Shown piece by piece: positions 26,601 to 27,932 of a stretch of DNA of 27,932 bases. Made by a program: the position numbers and the translations under genes. Source of the stretch: an uncultured bacterium (GTDB taxonomy: Bacteria; Hydrogenedentota; Hydrogenedentia; Hydrogenedentales; JAEUWI01); contig CAXBPH010000071.1 in the NCBI GenBank assembly GCA_963977445.1, forward strand, positions 1-27,932, in the 5' to 3' direction. Each line of letters opens with the position of its first letter. Positions within the stretch are counted from its first letter, which is position 1. The notes beneath the pieces are model-generated. The model saw only the letters and a program-made list of their open reading frames with translations, was not told the DNA's origin and made no database searches.

Positions 26601-27856
26601 GACGCTACGCAACGATTTCCCCCTGGCTCTTCACCCTGAGTCTCAGCGCGTTGCTCTGGGCACCCGGCTGCACGGGTCCTGCCAGCGATGGAGGCGACGG
26701 GAGCGAAATGCCGCCCGTAGCCGTCACCGTGGTTGTGGTGCAACCGGTCACGCTCCAGCCGACCTTGGATGGGATTGGCACCCTCATCGCTCCGCCGGAG
26801 AAGACCGCCATGCTGTCGCCACAAGTGGGCGGCTACGTGAGCGGGGTGCCCGTCGTTGAAGGGGCCCAGGTCCACGCGGGCGACCCCATCGTGCAACTGG
26901 ACACCCGTCTGGTCCAGAGTGAACTGAATAAGGCCACGGCCGCCGCGGACGAAGCCCGGGCCAACCTGGCGTTGTTAAAAAAAGGCCCCCTGCCCGCCGA
27001 AGTGGAAGCCGGTCGTCAGGATGTGCGCAACGCCGCCGCCACGGCCGAGGCCCGCAGGGGGAAACTTAAGGCCCTGGAAGAACTTCAGAAACATGGCGAA
27101 ATTTCCGACGTCCAATACGGACAGGCCCAATCCACCGCTGCCGAGGCCGAAGCCGCACGCCTCGCCGCCGCCGAGCGCTTCAAGCTGCTTCAATCGGGCA
27201 GTCGCCCCGAGGCCGTGGCCCAGGGCGAAGCCCAACTCAAGCTCGCCGAATCCGAGCGGGATATGTGGGCACTCAAGGTGGCATTGTGCACCATCACCGC
27301 GCCTATTGAGGGCACCGTAACCCAGCTTCCGGTCCGCCAGGGCATGTCGGTCGATCCCCAAACCAATGTGGCGACCATTCAGGACCTGTCCACCCTCTAT
27401 GGACGGGTTCGCGTGCCGGCCGCGCAACTCATTCATCTGACCGTGGGCGCCGATGCCCAGGTTACCCTCGACGGTGCCCGTGCATCGGTCCATGAGGGCA
27501 CCGTTCAGCGCATCGGTGCGGAGGCGGGTGCCACCACGGGCGACGTGGAAGTGCTGGTGGCCCTGAGCAACGAGGGTGGCGCATTCCGGCCCGGCCTCGG
27601 TTGTCGTGTGCATCTGGCCCTGGCACCCATTCCCGATGCCCTCGCCGTTCCCCCGGCGGCCATCACCGATCGCAATGGCCAGGCTGTAGTAACCATCGTG
27701 GAGGGCGGTAAAGCCTTCCAGCGCGACGTCCAGACCGGTGTCCAAACCACCGACGCCATCCAGGTCATCGACGGTGTCTCCCCGGGGGATACCATCGTAA
27801 CCCGAGGCGGATACGCCCTCCCCGATGGGTGCCCTGTGGAGATCGTGACGGAATAG
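26597..27856 (+). CDS. RND periplasmic adaptor (membrane fusion protein)
   Basis: ATGA overlap with the permease; lipoprotein-like signal (WAPGC); lipoyl motifs SPQVGGYV..VEGAQV.AGD and ITAPIEGTV; long coiled-coil hairpin. Confidence 0.92.
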   Translation: MRRYATISPWLFTLSLSALLWAPGCTGPASDGGDGSEMPPVAVTVVVVQPVTLQPTLDGIGTLIAPPEKTAMLSPQVGGYVSGVPVVEGAQVHAGDPIVQLDTRLVQSELNKATAAADEARANLALLKKGPLPAEVEAGRQDVRNAAATAEARRGKLKALEELQKHGEISDVQYGQAQSTAAEAEAARLAAAERFKLLQSGSRPEAVAQGEAQLKLAESERDMWALKVALCTITAPIEGTVTQLPVRQGMSVDPQTNVATIQDLSTLYGRVRVPAAQLIHLTVGADAQVTLDGARASVHEGTVQRIGAEAGATTGDVEVLVALSNEGGAFRPGLGCRVHLALAPIPDALAVPPAAITDRNGQAVVTIVEGGKAFQRDVQTGVQTTDAIQVIDGVSPGDTIVTRGGYALPDGCPVEIVTE

Positions 27857-27932
27857 GTGGCGGCGAAGGCGTGATGGGTTTCGTGTGAATCGAAGAGCTC
27901 CCGCGTAGCGATTCCATGGCCTTGGTGGCCCT

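Overview
Bacterial chromosomal window, GC-rich. The dockerin-bearing secreted protease and the PSD1/planctomycete cytochrome c gene suggest a Hydrogenedentes- or PVC-like host; this is inference only. The left flank holds a large secreted M4 (thermolysin-family) metalloprotease with IPT and dockerin domains, a TolB-like protein, a degenerate metallophosphoesterase-like protein and a CheY-like receiver. The centre (about 7460-16200) is a compact, intact, co-oriented 11-gene phage-like virion operon: portal, HK97-type prohead protease, small membrane protein, LigD-type phosphoesterase/scaffold-like fusion, decoration protein, major capsid protein, head-tail adaptor, distal tail protein, baseplate hub with an inserted staphylococcal-nuclease domain, minor tail protein and holin-like protein. 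I see no terminase, tail tube, tape measure, integrase, replication or endolysin gene in the window, so it looks like a domesticated, GTA-like particle. The right flank holds a PfpI/DJ-1 protein, an 83-bp x3 tandem repeat, a winged-HTH regulator plus membrane protein with candidate operators, a DUF1549/DUF1553 cytochrome c protein and a TolC-RND-MFP efflux operon. All family calls are by motif recognition by eye; no database search was run.
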